64,000 nt of DNA from a virus (lineage: Duplodnaviria; Caudoviricetes): IMG/VR virus record IMGVR_UViG_3300028914_000003, positions 1 through 64,000 of that record; one strand, written 5' to 3'. Under the pieces are notes generated by a model that did not search any database, was not told the origin of the DNA, and saw only the letters and a program-made list of their open reading frames with translations. A program made the translations under genes and the position numbers. Shown piece after piece: positions 19,946 to 29,533 of the stretch (positions are counted from its first letter, which is position 1; each line of letters opens with the position of its first letter).

Positions 19946-20929
19946 TCAAACTCTTCTTTGTGCCTTTTCTTTACACCGCATGTCTTCCACGTCTTTCACG
20001 GCAGCAGCCTTCATCTCGCCGATTTCACGCAATGCCTTCTTCATCTCCCCCTTTGTACGGAAGATGTCGTCATAGTCTTCAACGGCACCTGACAGGGAGT
20101 CAAAGGGAGTGTCGGGGTGAATCCATTCCTCTTGAAGCTGCTCGATGCCGAGCTTGATATTGCGTTCTTCGCTGCTGTCCAGCTTGTAGTCTCCTGTCTC
20201 CGGAGACATGGCTATGAGCGCCTTTTCCCACCAATCAGCAACCTTTGTCAGCAGGAACGGGCGATACATGTGCTCGATGAAATCATCCGTGAGACGGCCG
20301 TCAATAGCCTCTTTGACAGAGCACATGGTACGTTTCCACGTGTCAACGGATAACTGAAGCACAGTAAGAGCGGTAATTCCCCAGGCAGTCTGTGCGGCAT
20401 TGGCAATACCATGATTCTCCATCGACAGTCTGAACTTATTACAGAGGCTCGTCATCAGCGGGAGACATTTCATGTAGGCCTTGGAACCTGTTGCCTGCCA
20501 GAACTCAAAATACTCCCGGTCGGTCATTGCACCATATATCTTCCTGGCCGATGGCTCCATGTCGTCGACATGGAAGAAGCGGATGTCTCCGTGAGGCGGA
20601 TTAAGCAGGCTGGCACGCCAGACAACGGACTCGTCGATAGCCTTACGGAAAAGCATCTTGGTCTTGTGCCTGTAATTAGGGTGTGGTCGTCTGGGGCGCT
20701 CCGTATAGCTGTCATTGTCTCTCAGGTCGGAAATCTTGTCATGGGCATGGCGCATTACCATAAGCGCACAGTTGTCGGCGACGCCCATCATCATCTTGAC
20801 AAATCCGGACATCCGTCCAACCTCAAGATTCAGGCTGTCTATCTCTTCCTGCGTCATCGGGGCGCGGCCGATATAGTCGGCTCGCGGATATATGCCGTTG
20901 TATGTCGTAATCAGATTCATATCACTCAT
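19946..20929 (-). CDS. Hypothetical protein
   Basis: 327 aa. Confidence 0.7.
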   Translation of the reverse strand: MSDMNLITTYNGIYPRADYIGRAPMTQEEIDSLNLEVGRMSGFVKMMMGVADNCALMVMRHAHDKISDLRDNDSYTERPRRPHPNYRHKTKMLFRKAIDESVVWRASLLNPPHGDIRFFHVDDMEPSARKIYGAMTDREYFEFWQATGSKAYMKCLPLMTSLCNKFRLSMENHGIANAAQTAWGITALTVLQLSVDTWKRTMCSVKEAIDGRLTDDFIEHMYRPFLLTKVADWWEKALIAMSPETGDYKLDSSEERNIKLGIEQLQEEWIHPDTPFDSLSGAVEDYDDIFRTKGEMKKALREIGEMKAAAVKDVEDMRCKEKAQRRV

Positions 20930-21663
20930 TTTATTAGTTCAAACTCATATACCCACACCCAGGGATTCTCGTCCCATGTCTTCTTGCCCATCAGTTCGCG
21001 GATGAGTACATAAAAGGCCACCTTCGGGCTTTCAGCCATGAACTCGTCCGGATCCGTCTTGCCCCACGAGTCGTTTATGCTCTCCGCGAACTTCGGCACC
21101 GTCCATACATCCCACAGCTTGTACTGCTGCGGGCCGAAATCGTCCATGTCCTGCCAGAGCCACTGCTTCCACTGCACATATACGATGCCCTCCTTGCGGC
21201 AGTCCTCGTCCGAGATATCCTGCAGCCGTTCCATCTTGATGTCTTTAATCTTGATGTGGTGCGGCATCAGGTCGGCACGGACAAACATCTTGTTCTTCCA
21301 GCCGGCCTGGTTGGCTACGGCCCTGCAGACCGCTGCCGGCCAGTGCATGTTGTTGTAGTCGCCGTCATACTCTGCTTGCGGCTCTGGGTATATCTTCAAG
21401 AATGAGCCATACGCCTGCCCAATAGCCACCACCTCGCCCACCTGATACTGCGGGTACAGGTCGCGCTGTTTCCCGTCGATGCAGTCCACGGTGAAATACA
21501 CTTTGCCCTTATCGTCGATGCCCATCACCGGGTTCCACACGTCCTGGGGCTCCAGTCCGTCTGGCAGCCTCGCCCCGCGTCTGGTCATCGTCTTCAATCT
21601 CTCCAGCACCGCCTGCTCCAGTCCGAACCTGCGGTGGTCAAACATTATTTTCTGCATACTCAC
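20926..21663 (-). CDS. ASCH/PUA-like phage protein
   Basis: KTMTRR...ERLQDISDEDCRKEG...WDENPWVWVYEF. Confidence 0.7.
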   Translation of the reverse strand: MSMQKIMFDHRRFGLEQAVLERLKTMTRRGARLPDGLEPQDVWNPVMGIDDKGKVYFTVDCIDGKQRDLYPQYQVGEVVAIGQAYGSFLKIYPEPQAEYDGDYNNMHWPAAVCRAVANQAGWKNKMFVRADLMPHHIKIKDIKMERLQDISDEDCRKEGIVYVQWKQWLWQDMDDFGPQQYKLWDVWTVPKFAESINDSWGKTDPDEFMAESPKVAFYVLIRELMGKKTWDENPWVWVYEFELIK

Positions 21664-21914
21664 TCCTTGCTTGGTAATTCTATTTCCATCCAGTGTGTAA
21701 ACGTCAGGTGACGGTCTTTTCCTCTTCCGCCGTGGAACGGTATAAACTCTCCGATGTGCTGTGTATGCCAGCCGCGCTTAGAATATTCGCCATTGCTGTA
21801 CTTCACCACCTTCGGGACAGACCGTACGTCTGCATTGCAGGCAAGCACATAATCGCTCTCGCCAGAGGCATCCACGCCGGGAAGATGTTCTTCAACTTTT
21901 ATCCAGTCAATCAT
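21660..21914 (-). CDS. DUF551-like protein
   Basis: WIKVEEHLP...THWM. Confidence 0.65.
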   Translation of the reverse strand: MIDWIKVEEHLPGVDASGESDYVLACNADVRSVPKVVKYSNGEYSKRGWHTQHIGEFIPFHGGRGKDRHLTFTHWMEIELPSKE

Positions 21915-22147
21915 CGTCTCACGTTTTGTCCCAAAATCAGTTTCAGTGCAAACAGGGCGTTGGTCTTGTCGCCGACACGCACAACCTCGTCATACACTCG
22001 CTCCAACTGGCGGGGATTGATATCCTTGATTCTGTTCAACTGCGGCACAGACAGTTTCACACCGGCTATGGTTGCGATCTTGAACACCATTGATGTGCGG
22101 CTCATGCCGTTGCCAAGGAAAGGCCTGCCGTAATGATTCTTTGTCAT
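21911..22147 (-). CDS. Hypothetical protein
   Basis: 78 aa. Confidence 0.6.
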   Translation of the reverse strand: MTKNHYGRPFLGNGMSRTSMVFKIATIAGVKLSVPQLNRIKDINPRQLERVYDEVVRVGDKTNALFALKLILGQNVRR

Positions 22148-22149
22148 AA

Positions 22150-23031
22150 TCAGTCCTCTTCTTCCAATTTCTTCAACTCTTTCTTCGTTTCCTTTTCCTC
22201 GTCAACGACCTCGATTGTACCGAACGAAGGACGGTACTTGCAGTAGCCTACCTCACGGTAATATTGCTGGCCGGTGGCAGAGTGAAGGTTACAAAGGTTA
22301 TTCTCCGAGGCTTCGTTGGCATAGCCGGCGCAGCATTCTTTCAGATTGCAGTTGTCGCACGGGGAATACAGTGAGCCGTTGGGCTTCTCTTTCTTTTCGG
22401 ACGTCAGACAGTAGGCCGTTCCTCCGATAATGATGATATTCAGCGGGTCGTAGTTGTCAGGCTCTGTGTCTCTCACGCCGCCAGGCTTGGCCACATAGTC
22501 CTCACCCTCCACAGCCACACCTTGTATGATATCAGCCGTATCCTTCACATCTTTGCAGGCCAGCATCATATTGATATTGAGGATGCGGAGATGGATATGG
22601 CGGGTGGCTATTTGCAGACACTCCGACCAGTCATCTTCAGCATATAGCGTACTTCCGCTAACTATTCCGACACGAAGCAGATAATCCATAGCGGTTGCGA
22701 CATCCTCGTCATATCCTTTTGTCACGTCCTCGATATGATGGCCGCTCAGCCTGAAAAGCAAACAGCCTGCAGACGAACGAGGGCGACGATGATGGCACCG
22801 CATGTTGTCGCACATAGAACGGTAGTCCTCAATATACCACAACGCCTTTTCCAGGTCCTCAATCTCCTTGTCGGCATCGTCCTTACCCATCTCCAGCTTT
22901 AGTCCGGCGCGCCACAGGTACTTGATGGCGTTTGCGATGTCACATGTGTAGTGACGGATAATCTCGATGCACTCGATGCCGTTAGGATGGCTGTTGTAGT
23001 GCTGCGGATGGTTTACGTTTTCTGTTGCCAT
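22150..23031 (-). CDS. DUF3310 (SaV/T7 gp1.7 nucleotide-kinase-like) domain protein with Cys-rich C-terminus
   Basis: VNHPQHY...IECIE...NAIKYLWRAG...EDLEKALWY. Confidence 0.75.
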   Translation of the reverse strand: MATENVNHPQHYNSHPNGIECIEIIRHYTCDIANAIKYLWRAGLKLEMGKDDADKEIEDLEKALWYIEDYRSMCDNMRCHHRRPRSSAGCLLFRLSGHHIEDVTKGYDEDVATAMDYLLRVGIVSGSTLYAEDDWSECLQIATRHIHLRILNINMMLACKDVKDTADIIQGVAVEGEDYVAKPGGVRDTEPDNYDPLNIIIIGGTAYCLTSEKKEKPNGSLYSPCDNCNLKECCAGYANEASENNLCNLHSATGQQYYREVGYCKYRPSFGTIEVVDEEKETKKELKKLEEED

Positions 23032-23215
23032 AGTTCTATTTGGTTTATATTTTGTTCTCTTTTGGTGGTATGACAGTGTATCCCAGAGACTTTAACACCC
23101 TGATATATGTCTTGATGTTCGGGTATGGCTGTCCGAGTTGACGAAGCCTACCTTGCGATACCCAGCCAAAGTGTCTCATCGGACGCTCCAGTTTGTTTAA
23201 TTTCCCCATATCCGT

Positions 23216-23653
23216 TCAATCCGTAAATCCGTTACTTCCATTCTGAATCCTCTCCACCTCGCGACATATATCGGCCTGCAGTATCTGGATATGCTCCAGT
23301 GCTTCAATATCGTAGCGTCGCTCCGGGTGCGCGCGCCACTCGCGCAGTTTCGGCACATGCAGGCGGTCGCTGGCCGAGGCTACGATATGCACATATTCCT
23401 GGTACCTATCGTACTCCTCCTGACTGATACCGTTGTCCACGATATACTGCATGGTGTCGAGTGATATGAAATAATTGGAGTGCATCGAGTATGGTGCGAC
23501 GCATGGGTCTTCCACACCGCCAATCCAGTAGTCGTCAACTGTGCGCTCCACGCCCCACTGCCTGTGCAGCTCCAGTGCATAGGCGTTAGCAGCCTTAGCC
23601 AGCTGGCTGCGCAAATTGCGGACAATGTCAGCCCTGTTCTTGTTCTCCTTCAT
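23216..23653 (-). CDS. Hypothetical protein
   Basis: 145 aa. Confidence 0.65.
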   Translation of the reverse strand: MKENKNRADIVRNLRSQLAKAANAYALELHRQWGVERTVDDYWIGGVEDPCVAPYSMHSNYFISLDTMQYIVDNGISQEEYDRYQEYVHIVASASDRLHVPKLREWRAHPERRYDIEALEHIQILQADICREVERIQNGSNGFTD

Positions 23654-23971
23654 AACCGTTCTGTTTAGTCATTCCTCAGTTATTTCTTCTCCTTCCTCAT
23701 AACAGTCAACCCGTATGATATGCCTGCGCTTCCTGGGAGATGTGGCAAACTGGATAAGAGACATCGTCTCCTTGTGTCCGTCCATGAAATAGGCCACAAC
23801 AGTTCTGATGCTGGCATCAAATGACAGCCAGCCCGTTTTTGTCGGATCTATGTCGTATGTTCTCATATAGTTTTTTCTTATTGGTAATAATACTCGGGAA
23901 TCATCCGTCTTTCTTGACTGAATGATAAGCAAAAAGCCAGATAATGGCAAGGACAACAAATATTATGATGG

Positions 23972-24214
23972 CTATGATATCTTGCATGGCTGTTCCTTGT
24001 TTTGTCTTATGGGTGATGCGATTCTGATTATCTTGCCGGAATCAAAGCACTTCGCCGTCAAATCAGTTACAATATGTTCCTTCCCGTCGCGGCCGACAAG
24101 AACACCATCGGCAGGGCTGTAATGGAAATAGCCCTCGCTAAAGTACTCCGTGCCGGTATGACACAGATACCACAGCCCTTGCTTGATTCTTTTGGTTCTC
24201 ATCTCTGCCATCAT
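23972..24214 (-). CDS. Hypothetical protein
   Basis: 80 aa. Confidence 0.55.
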   Translation of the reverse strand: MMAEMRTKRIKQGLWYLCHTGTEYFSEGYFHYSPADGVLVGRDGKEHIVTDLTAKCFDSGKIIRIASPIRQNKEQPCKIS

Positions 24215-24229
24215 CGCATATACATCTTG

Positions 24230-24460
24230 TCAGGATTCCAGGATTTTGGTAAACAGTTTGCGTATCTCGCGGCGGTTCTTGCCAGCTACATCAGCCATGG
24301 TATCCAATACTTCAACCAGGCCGGAGGCGATGACGACAAGTCCTTCTCCGAGCTTCACTTTGGCAGGCACCAGCACATGCAAGACCGATTCTTCCACCTG
24401 TCTGCTCAGCGACCGCAGCTTCATGGCTTCTTCGGCAGTAGATTCTGTATACTTCTTCAT
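24230..24460 (-). CDS. Hypothetical protein
   Basis: 76 aa. Confidence 0.6.
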   Translation of the reverse strand: MKKYTESTAEEAMKLRSLSRQVEESVLHVLVPAKVKLGEGLVVIASGLVEVLDTMADVAGKNRREIRKLFTKILES

Positions 24461-24490
24461 ATATTCTTAGTTTTAGGTCCATGGTATCTT

Positions 24491-25540
24491 TTACTTTTTC
24501 TTTATCTTAGAGTTCATCTTCTCTATCTCCTTCGCCTCCTTCGTCATCGTATTCAGGATGTCAAAGACATAGGGGAGCCATGATTCGTACACCTGCTGCT
24601 GCTCGGAGTAGCCGGCGTACTTCATGATAGTGTTGATGGTGCCCACCTCGCCGGTCAGCGCGTCGCGCAACGGGTCGCTCTTTCCAGAGTCCTGGAAGAG
24701 CAGGGGATAGCTGGCGGCGTAGTAGGAGATAGCCGTCTGGTAGCATTGGAAACAGATATGAAACAGCGTCGATGCACTGGCTGATGACATGTCGCAGGGA
24801 CAGAACACCGAAGATGTCTTCCGGTCGCGTCTGCGTGCCTCGCTCGCCAAACGCCGCGACCACCACTTACACATAGTATCTGCCTGCTCGTCATTATACC
24901 GGTACTCATAGTGCAGGCGAAGACGGATGCTTCCGCCTGTATTATCAAGAATGGCCATGTTGCGCGGCACAAGGATATGTGCCAGGAACTGCGCCTGCAG
25001 CAGGAGTGCCAGACTGTCGTCAATGTCCTCACGGAAAAGCTGCTGGGCGATGGCCTGCAGCGAGCGGTACTGGTGCCATGTCAGGTTGTTACAGGCGGCC
25101 TGCGGCAAAGCAAGCCACTTGCCGCCGAACTTCAGATGCTCTACCGGCAGCACAAGCGCATCACGCATGGGACCGACATAGCCGCGTACGGGATTACGGC
25201 CTTCCTTGACGACCTTTCCCTTTTCGTCCTTCACGGCCGGCTCACCTGGATCGCCATACGGATAGTCAAACCATGGCATCGCCTGTTTGGCGGTATATGC
25301 CAGCTCGCGGGCTGTCGCCGTCCACAGCCGTCCTTCGCTGTCTTCCATCTGATAGACAGTCTCCCCTGTGCTGCCGTCATGTGAACCACATGCGACAGTC
25401 TTTATCCCGCACAGCGAAAGCAGCGCAGCCGCTCTCGCCACGTCAGCATTGCCGCCATAGCGCTGTTTGACGTCCCACATCTGACATAGCTGTGTCCATG
25501 TCAGACCAGACCATGAGGAAGGGAGTGAGGGGATCTTCAT
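24491..25540 (-). CDS. Conserved phage hypothetical protein
   Basis: 349 aa. Confidence 0.7.
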   Translation of the reverse strand: MKIPSLPSSWSGLTWTQLCQMWDVKQRYGGNADVARAAALLSLCGIKTVACGSHDGSTGETVYQMEDSEGRLWTATARELAYTAKQAMPWFDYPYGDPGEPAVKDEKGKVVKEGRNPVRGYVGPMRDALVLPVEHLKFGGKWLALPQAACNNLTWHQYRSLQAIAQQLFREDIDDSLALLLQAQFLAHILVPRNMAILDNTGGSIRLRLHYEYRYNDEQADTMCKWWSRRLASEARRRDRKTSSVFCPCDMSSASASTLFHICFQCYQTAISYYAASYPLLFQDSGKSDPLRDALTGEVGTINTIMKYAGYSEQQQVYESWLPYVFDILNTMTKEAKEIEKMNSKIKKK

Positions 25541-25571
25541 TTCTTTGACTGGTTATACGGATTTCTTTATG

Positions 25572-26144
25572 TCAACAGTCGAATAATATAGCCTTTGCGA
25601 AATATATGACCGGTATCGTTATGGTTATCATCTTCAGCCAGAAGAACAGCCATTCACCACACCCCACCCAAGACGGGTAGTCCTTCGGTGCTACGTCCAT
25701 TTTCTTCAGCTGACGCATGAACAGCCATGACGTGAATGTCTGCCAAACGGCTTGCAGTACAGAGAGCATCATGTAGATGGCAGCCATGACAGCGCCTTCT
25801 ATGAACACCCCCCATGTATGGCCGGAAAAAAGCACTGCCGCCGCCATGACGACAAACATCCAGGCCAGCTGGTCGGCTCGATTGCCTGCAGCACCGCTGC
25901 GCTCCTGGTAGTAGTCGTAGACTTCCTGCCCGGTGATGATATCGGAAGACTCTTGCACTGTCTCCGGCTTAGGTTCCAAAACGCTCTCCGGCTTATTGGC
26001 AATCTCCATCTCCGTACTGAACTCGTAAGCGCCGCACTTCGGGCAGATATATCCATACTGCGGCGGGATGGACGTGTAAACCTTGTCGGAGTCCATCATC
26101 ATTACTGTTCCACATTTCTTGCAAATCATAATTCGGTAATTCAT
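25572..26144 (-). CDS. Zn-ribbon (CKKC/CPKC) plus multi-TM membrane protein
   Basis: Likely start MNYRIMIC at 26144; three hydrophobic segments. Confidence 0.65.
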   Translation of the reverse strand: MNYRIMICKKCGTVMMMDSDKVYTSIPPQYGYICPKCGAYEFSTEMEIANKPESVLEPKPETVQESSDIITGQEVYDYYQERSGAAGNRADQLAWMFVVMAAAVLFSGHTWGVFIEGAVMAAIYMMLSVLQAVWQTFTSWLFMRQLKKMDVAPKDYPSWVGCGEWLFFWLKMITITIPVIYFAKAILFDC

Positions 26145-26166
26145 TGATTGTTGTTTTTCATTCGTG

Positions 26167-27087
26167 TTAGCCGTTCCTGCCGTTTGAGCCGATGACAGCC
26201 ACCTGCTGTCGTGTAAGCTCGCCGAACCATCCGCGACGCCCGAGCTCGTCCTGCAGCTCGTCATCAGAGAACACCTCAAGAGCACGTTCGGCCGGAGTGC
26301 GGTTTGACGGTCTGTCCTGTTCATCGGGTGGAGCAAGAGACTGAGACGGCTCCGGTTTGGCTTTAGCAGACGTGCTGCTGCTTTTCTTCTTGGCACCAGT
26401 TGTCTTCTGCGCCTGCTTGGCTGCAAAACGCTCGCGGAAGGTGTCGGCATTAGCAGCATCGCTCCAGTAGAAGCCGCCAGCCTTGCAGAGCAGGGAGGCG
26501 CAGCGTCCGATGTTCTTAATACCAAGTTCCGTCTCCGCCCGGGAAATGGAAGGCCATGACATCACTGCTTCAAGGGTGTCCGGGTCGATCTGCACTACGG
26601 CACGAGACGGCCGGCATTCTTTGTTTTTGGTGTTTTCTTCCATATCTTTGTCTGTATCATCTCCGGATTTGTCGGTATCATCTTCCTGTTTGTCAGTATT
26701 ATCACCGTCTTCCGCTCTGCTGCCAGACGGAACCGGTTTAGTTGCGACTAAACCAGATGGCGTAATCCTTGAAAGGTCAGCCAGCGGCCCCTTGGTGTAC
26801 TCCATCAGATCATTGTGTGTGAAGTTCGGAGCAGGGTTCACGTCCGGCTCTGCGAAGTTGGCCCATGACAGGACTTGTACCATGACACTGGCTGCAGACG
26901 CCTTGGAGCTTACAACCTCCCTGGTCTCAGAAAGTGCCTTTCCGAGAACGTCCATCGTGTAGTAGGCGCATGGCTTGTTTGTCGGAAGCGTGAACCAAGC
27001 CTTCTGGAAGAACTGTCTCGTTCTCCTGTAGAGTTTAATGTTCTGGGTCTGCTGGCTCCAGTCATCGTATGCCTGTCTAAGTGTCAT
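26167..27087 (-). CDS. DNA-binding protein with NUMOD1-like HTH
   Basis: AVVQID...WPSISRAETELGIKNIGRC...AGGFYWS. Confidence 0.6.
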   Translation of the reverse strand: MTLRQAYDDWSQQTQNIKLYRRTRQFFQKAWFTLPTNKPCAYYTMDVLGKALSETREVVSSKASAASVMVQVLSWANFAEPDVNPAPNFTHNDLMEYTKGPLADLSRITPSGLVATKPVPSGSRAEDGDNTDKQEDDTDKSGDDTDKDMEENTKNKECRPSRAVVQIDPDTLEAVMSWPSISRAETELGIKNIGRCASLLCKAGGFYWSDAANADTFRERFAAKQAQKTTGAKKKSSSTSAKAKPEPSQSLAPPDEQDRPSNRTPAERALEVFSDDELQDELGRRGWFGELTRQQVAVIGSNGRNG

Positions 27088-27119
27088 AGTATGTCCTCCT
27101 GTTTCTTTAGTATGTGATT

Positions 27120-27794
27120 CTATTCTTCATCGTCGTCACCAGAACTTCTGCGCCTGATCATCTCACCCAGTACAGACTTCAGAGTACGTTCCATGCGCTC
27201 ACGGAGGTCACGGAGTTCGTTGATTTCTTTATCTTCCTCCTCCTTGATGGCCTTCAACGAACGCCGTATGTCGCGTATCATGCTCCAGGTCTGGAATGTC
27301 GTGAAAGCCATCAGCATCACATTCGGAATAAAGACAGCCCAGGAGGCGACGCCCGGTATGGCAAAACTCTGAACAGTCAATTCAGCTATCAAAAGTGCTA
27401 TCAGGCAGAGCATCCATACGATTTCTACTCCGGCAAAAATGTAACATGTGCGCAGACGGCGACGCAGGATGCTTGCGCTTATACGGTTATGTTCCGCATT
27501 ACGGGCTGCCATGCCTGCTATGTCGAATATCGCGCGATTGTCACTGTCGCTCATCATGTTTTTGAGACTGCAGGCAATGACACTTTTGCCGCCCATCATT
27601 ATGTCTGCCATGCCAATCTGGCCGTTACCGATGGTTCTGTCGCCAGCACATATCAGTAGCCCCATGTCCCCGTCGTCATTTTCGATGTACTCTTTCTTAA
27701 TGTAGTGTGCGAACTCGTTTATCCTTCTGATAAACTCTGAGCGCTCCATCGTCTGCTTCGACTGGGCAGAGCCGTAGTTTCCACTTATTTCCAT
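27120..27794 (-). CDS. Membrane protein
   Basis: 224 aa, 2 TM. Confidence 0.65.
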   Translation of the reverse strand: MEISGNYGSAQSKQTMERSEFIRRINEFAHYIKKEYIENDDGDMGLLICAGDRTIGNGQIGMADIMMGGKSVIACSLKNMMSDSDNRAIFDIAGMAARNAEHNRISASILRRRLRTCYIFAGVEIVWMLCLIALLIAELTVQSFAIPGVASWAVFIPNVMLMAFTTFQTWSMIRDIRRSLKAIKEEEDKEINELRDLRERMERTLKSVLGEMIRRRSSGDDDEE

Positions 27795-27825
27795 ACTCTC
27801 TTACTCTTTTTTATGTTTATGTTTC

Positions 27826-28299
27826 TTACAATAGTTCAGAAATCGTCTTTTCAGACCTGAGGCGCAGGTCATCGGTCCATATCTCGCTGTCGGAACGGAA
27901 CTCAGCGAACACCGGGATATCCAGTATCTCCGCCATGTGCAGCTCCATCTGTACGCCATGCGACGCAACACATTGGTTGACATCGCCAATGAGATACACG
28001 CCGTGAAGCATATCAAACTCCTTTCCCATCTTCATACGCTCCAGACATCCCATGATGTAGTCGGCGCGGCTTGGCCTGCCTGAGCACTCGCAGGCACCTC
28101 CGCAGGATCCATGCTTCCACATCTTAGCATCCTCCACCTCCCTTGCGATGTCAATGGGGTTCATCACCAGGAATCCTATTTCCCTGAGCTTTGCCTCGGC
28201 ATCCAGAAAATCCTTCTGCCAGCCGTCACGCGGCTGTCCTGTCCTATTATCCGTAATCGGGCCAGATATGTATATTGTCTTCTTCATAATCCGCTTCAT
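27826..28299 (-). CDS. DUF4406 / nucleoside 2-deoxyribosyltransferase-like protein
   Basis: IYISGPIT...F..AE..L...NP...S.G...E...A. Confidence 0.75.
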   Translation of the reverse strand: MKRIMKKTIYISGPITDNRTGQPRDGWQKDFLDAEAKLREIGFLVMNPIDIAREVEDAKMWKHGSCGGACECSGRPSRADYIMGCLERMKMGKEFDMLHGVYLIGDVNQCVASHGVQMELHMAEILDIPVFAEFRSDSEIWTDDLRLRSEKTISELL

Positions 28300-28305
28300 T
28301 CACAG

Positions 28306-28998
28306 TTACTCGTCCAGCCATTTCAGCGCCTGCCACGTGTTCCAGCTGGAGCGCCGTGCATCATAGAGCGCGTCGTGCGCCTCGCTTCCTGCGGCATACT
28401 GCTCCGGAAGCGGTATGCAGAGTTCATAGGCCAGCGAAGGTTTTTCCATAATCTGTTCCGGAAGACCGACACCGACTCCGCGAACACTCTCTCCTCTCAA
28501 AGTCCTCCTTGCCTCTGTCAATGCCGCCTCCAGTATCACCGTCCGGCAGTCGCGGAACGACGTATGCGGAATATCCTCCTCCAGTTCCACGCCGTACTTG
28601 CGGCACAGGTTACGGAGTATAGCGATGTCGAAGTCCATGCCTTGGCACCATATACAGATGCTCGTCAACTCGTACTTCTCACGGAGTCTACGTATGTAGT
28701 TCAGCATGCCTATCAGCACGTCGTCGATGGCCTCCGGCTTACCCTTAACAACAGCCTCCTTTGCCGAGAAGCCTCTCTCCGACCACCACTTGATGGTCTC
28801 CGGATCAAAGTCAAACCCGCCGACCACGCACGTCCTCAGATCCACGTAGCCGACATAGGGAGCCGTGTCGCCGTCCGCGAACAGGAACGGGTCGGTCTCG
28901 TTGTAGCGCGCCCACGGCACCATCGCCACCTGCATCACAGCCGCATTGGCCGTCATGGCACAGGTCTCAAAGTCTATCGTTATGTCCAAATGTCTCAT
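28306..28998 (-). CDS. 3'-5' exonuclease (DEDDh, Rv2179c/DUF5051-like)
   Basis: IDFET, WCQGMDFD, RDCRT, HDALYDA. Confidence 0.85.
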   Translation of the reverse strand: MRHLDITIDFETCAMTANAAVMQVAMVPWARYNETDPFLFADGDTAPYVGYVDLRTCVVGGFDFDPETIKWWSERGFSAKEAVVKGKPEAIDDVLIGMLNYIRRLREKYELTSICIWCQGMDFDIAILRNLCRKYGVELEEDIPHTSFRDCRTVILEAALTEARRTLRGESVRGVGVGLPEQIMEKPSLAYELCIPLPEQYAAGSEAHDALYDARRSSWNTWQALKWLDE

Positions 28999-29119
28999 AT
29001 CTCTGTTACTTTTTTTTCTTTCAAAAGTGGGGCGCGCCGCCCGCCTGAATACCCTAAAGAATACCACTGGGTCTCAAGCAGACAGCGACGCACCCCGGGG
29101 CGTGCAGGCCGTTTTTTTA

Positions 29120-29533
29120 TTATTTATCATAATCGTCATTTTGTTTGTTTTCACGGAGGCGCATCTTGCGTCTGATTTCCTGGTCTTCAGCGCGACGGCG
29201 TCTCTCCTCCATGATATGGTCGTAGAACTCCCTGTAGCAAGGAACGTCGCTGTTGCCGATGGCCTCCAGCTGACGGGCCGCCTCTGCCTGCTGCGGGGTG
29301 AGCTCCGTATTCTTCGGGAGTCCACCGAGGATGGCTTTCAGCGTATTGGCGATGCTCTCGCGGCGGCGGGCTACCGTCTCGCCCCAGTTCCTGACACGCT
29401 CTATCTCGGCCTTGCAGGCTCTCCAGTACGCAACACGTGCGGCTCCCCTGGATGGTCCCCTGTATATCCATACCACCTTGCCCGTCAGGCAGGACTTGCA
29501 GATAACCGTGATAAGATTCTTCTTTTTCCTCAT
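29120..29533 (-). CDS. Hypothetical basic protein
   Basis: 137 aa. Confidence 0.6.
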   Translation of the reverse strand: MRKKKNLITVICKSCLTGKVVWIYRGPSRGAARVAYWRACKAEIERVRNWGETVARRRESIANTLKAILGGLPKNTELTPQQAEAARQLEAIGNSDVPCYREFYDHIMEERRRRAEDQEIRRKMRLRENKQNDDYDK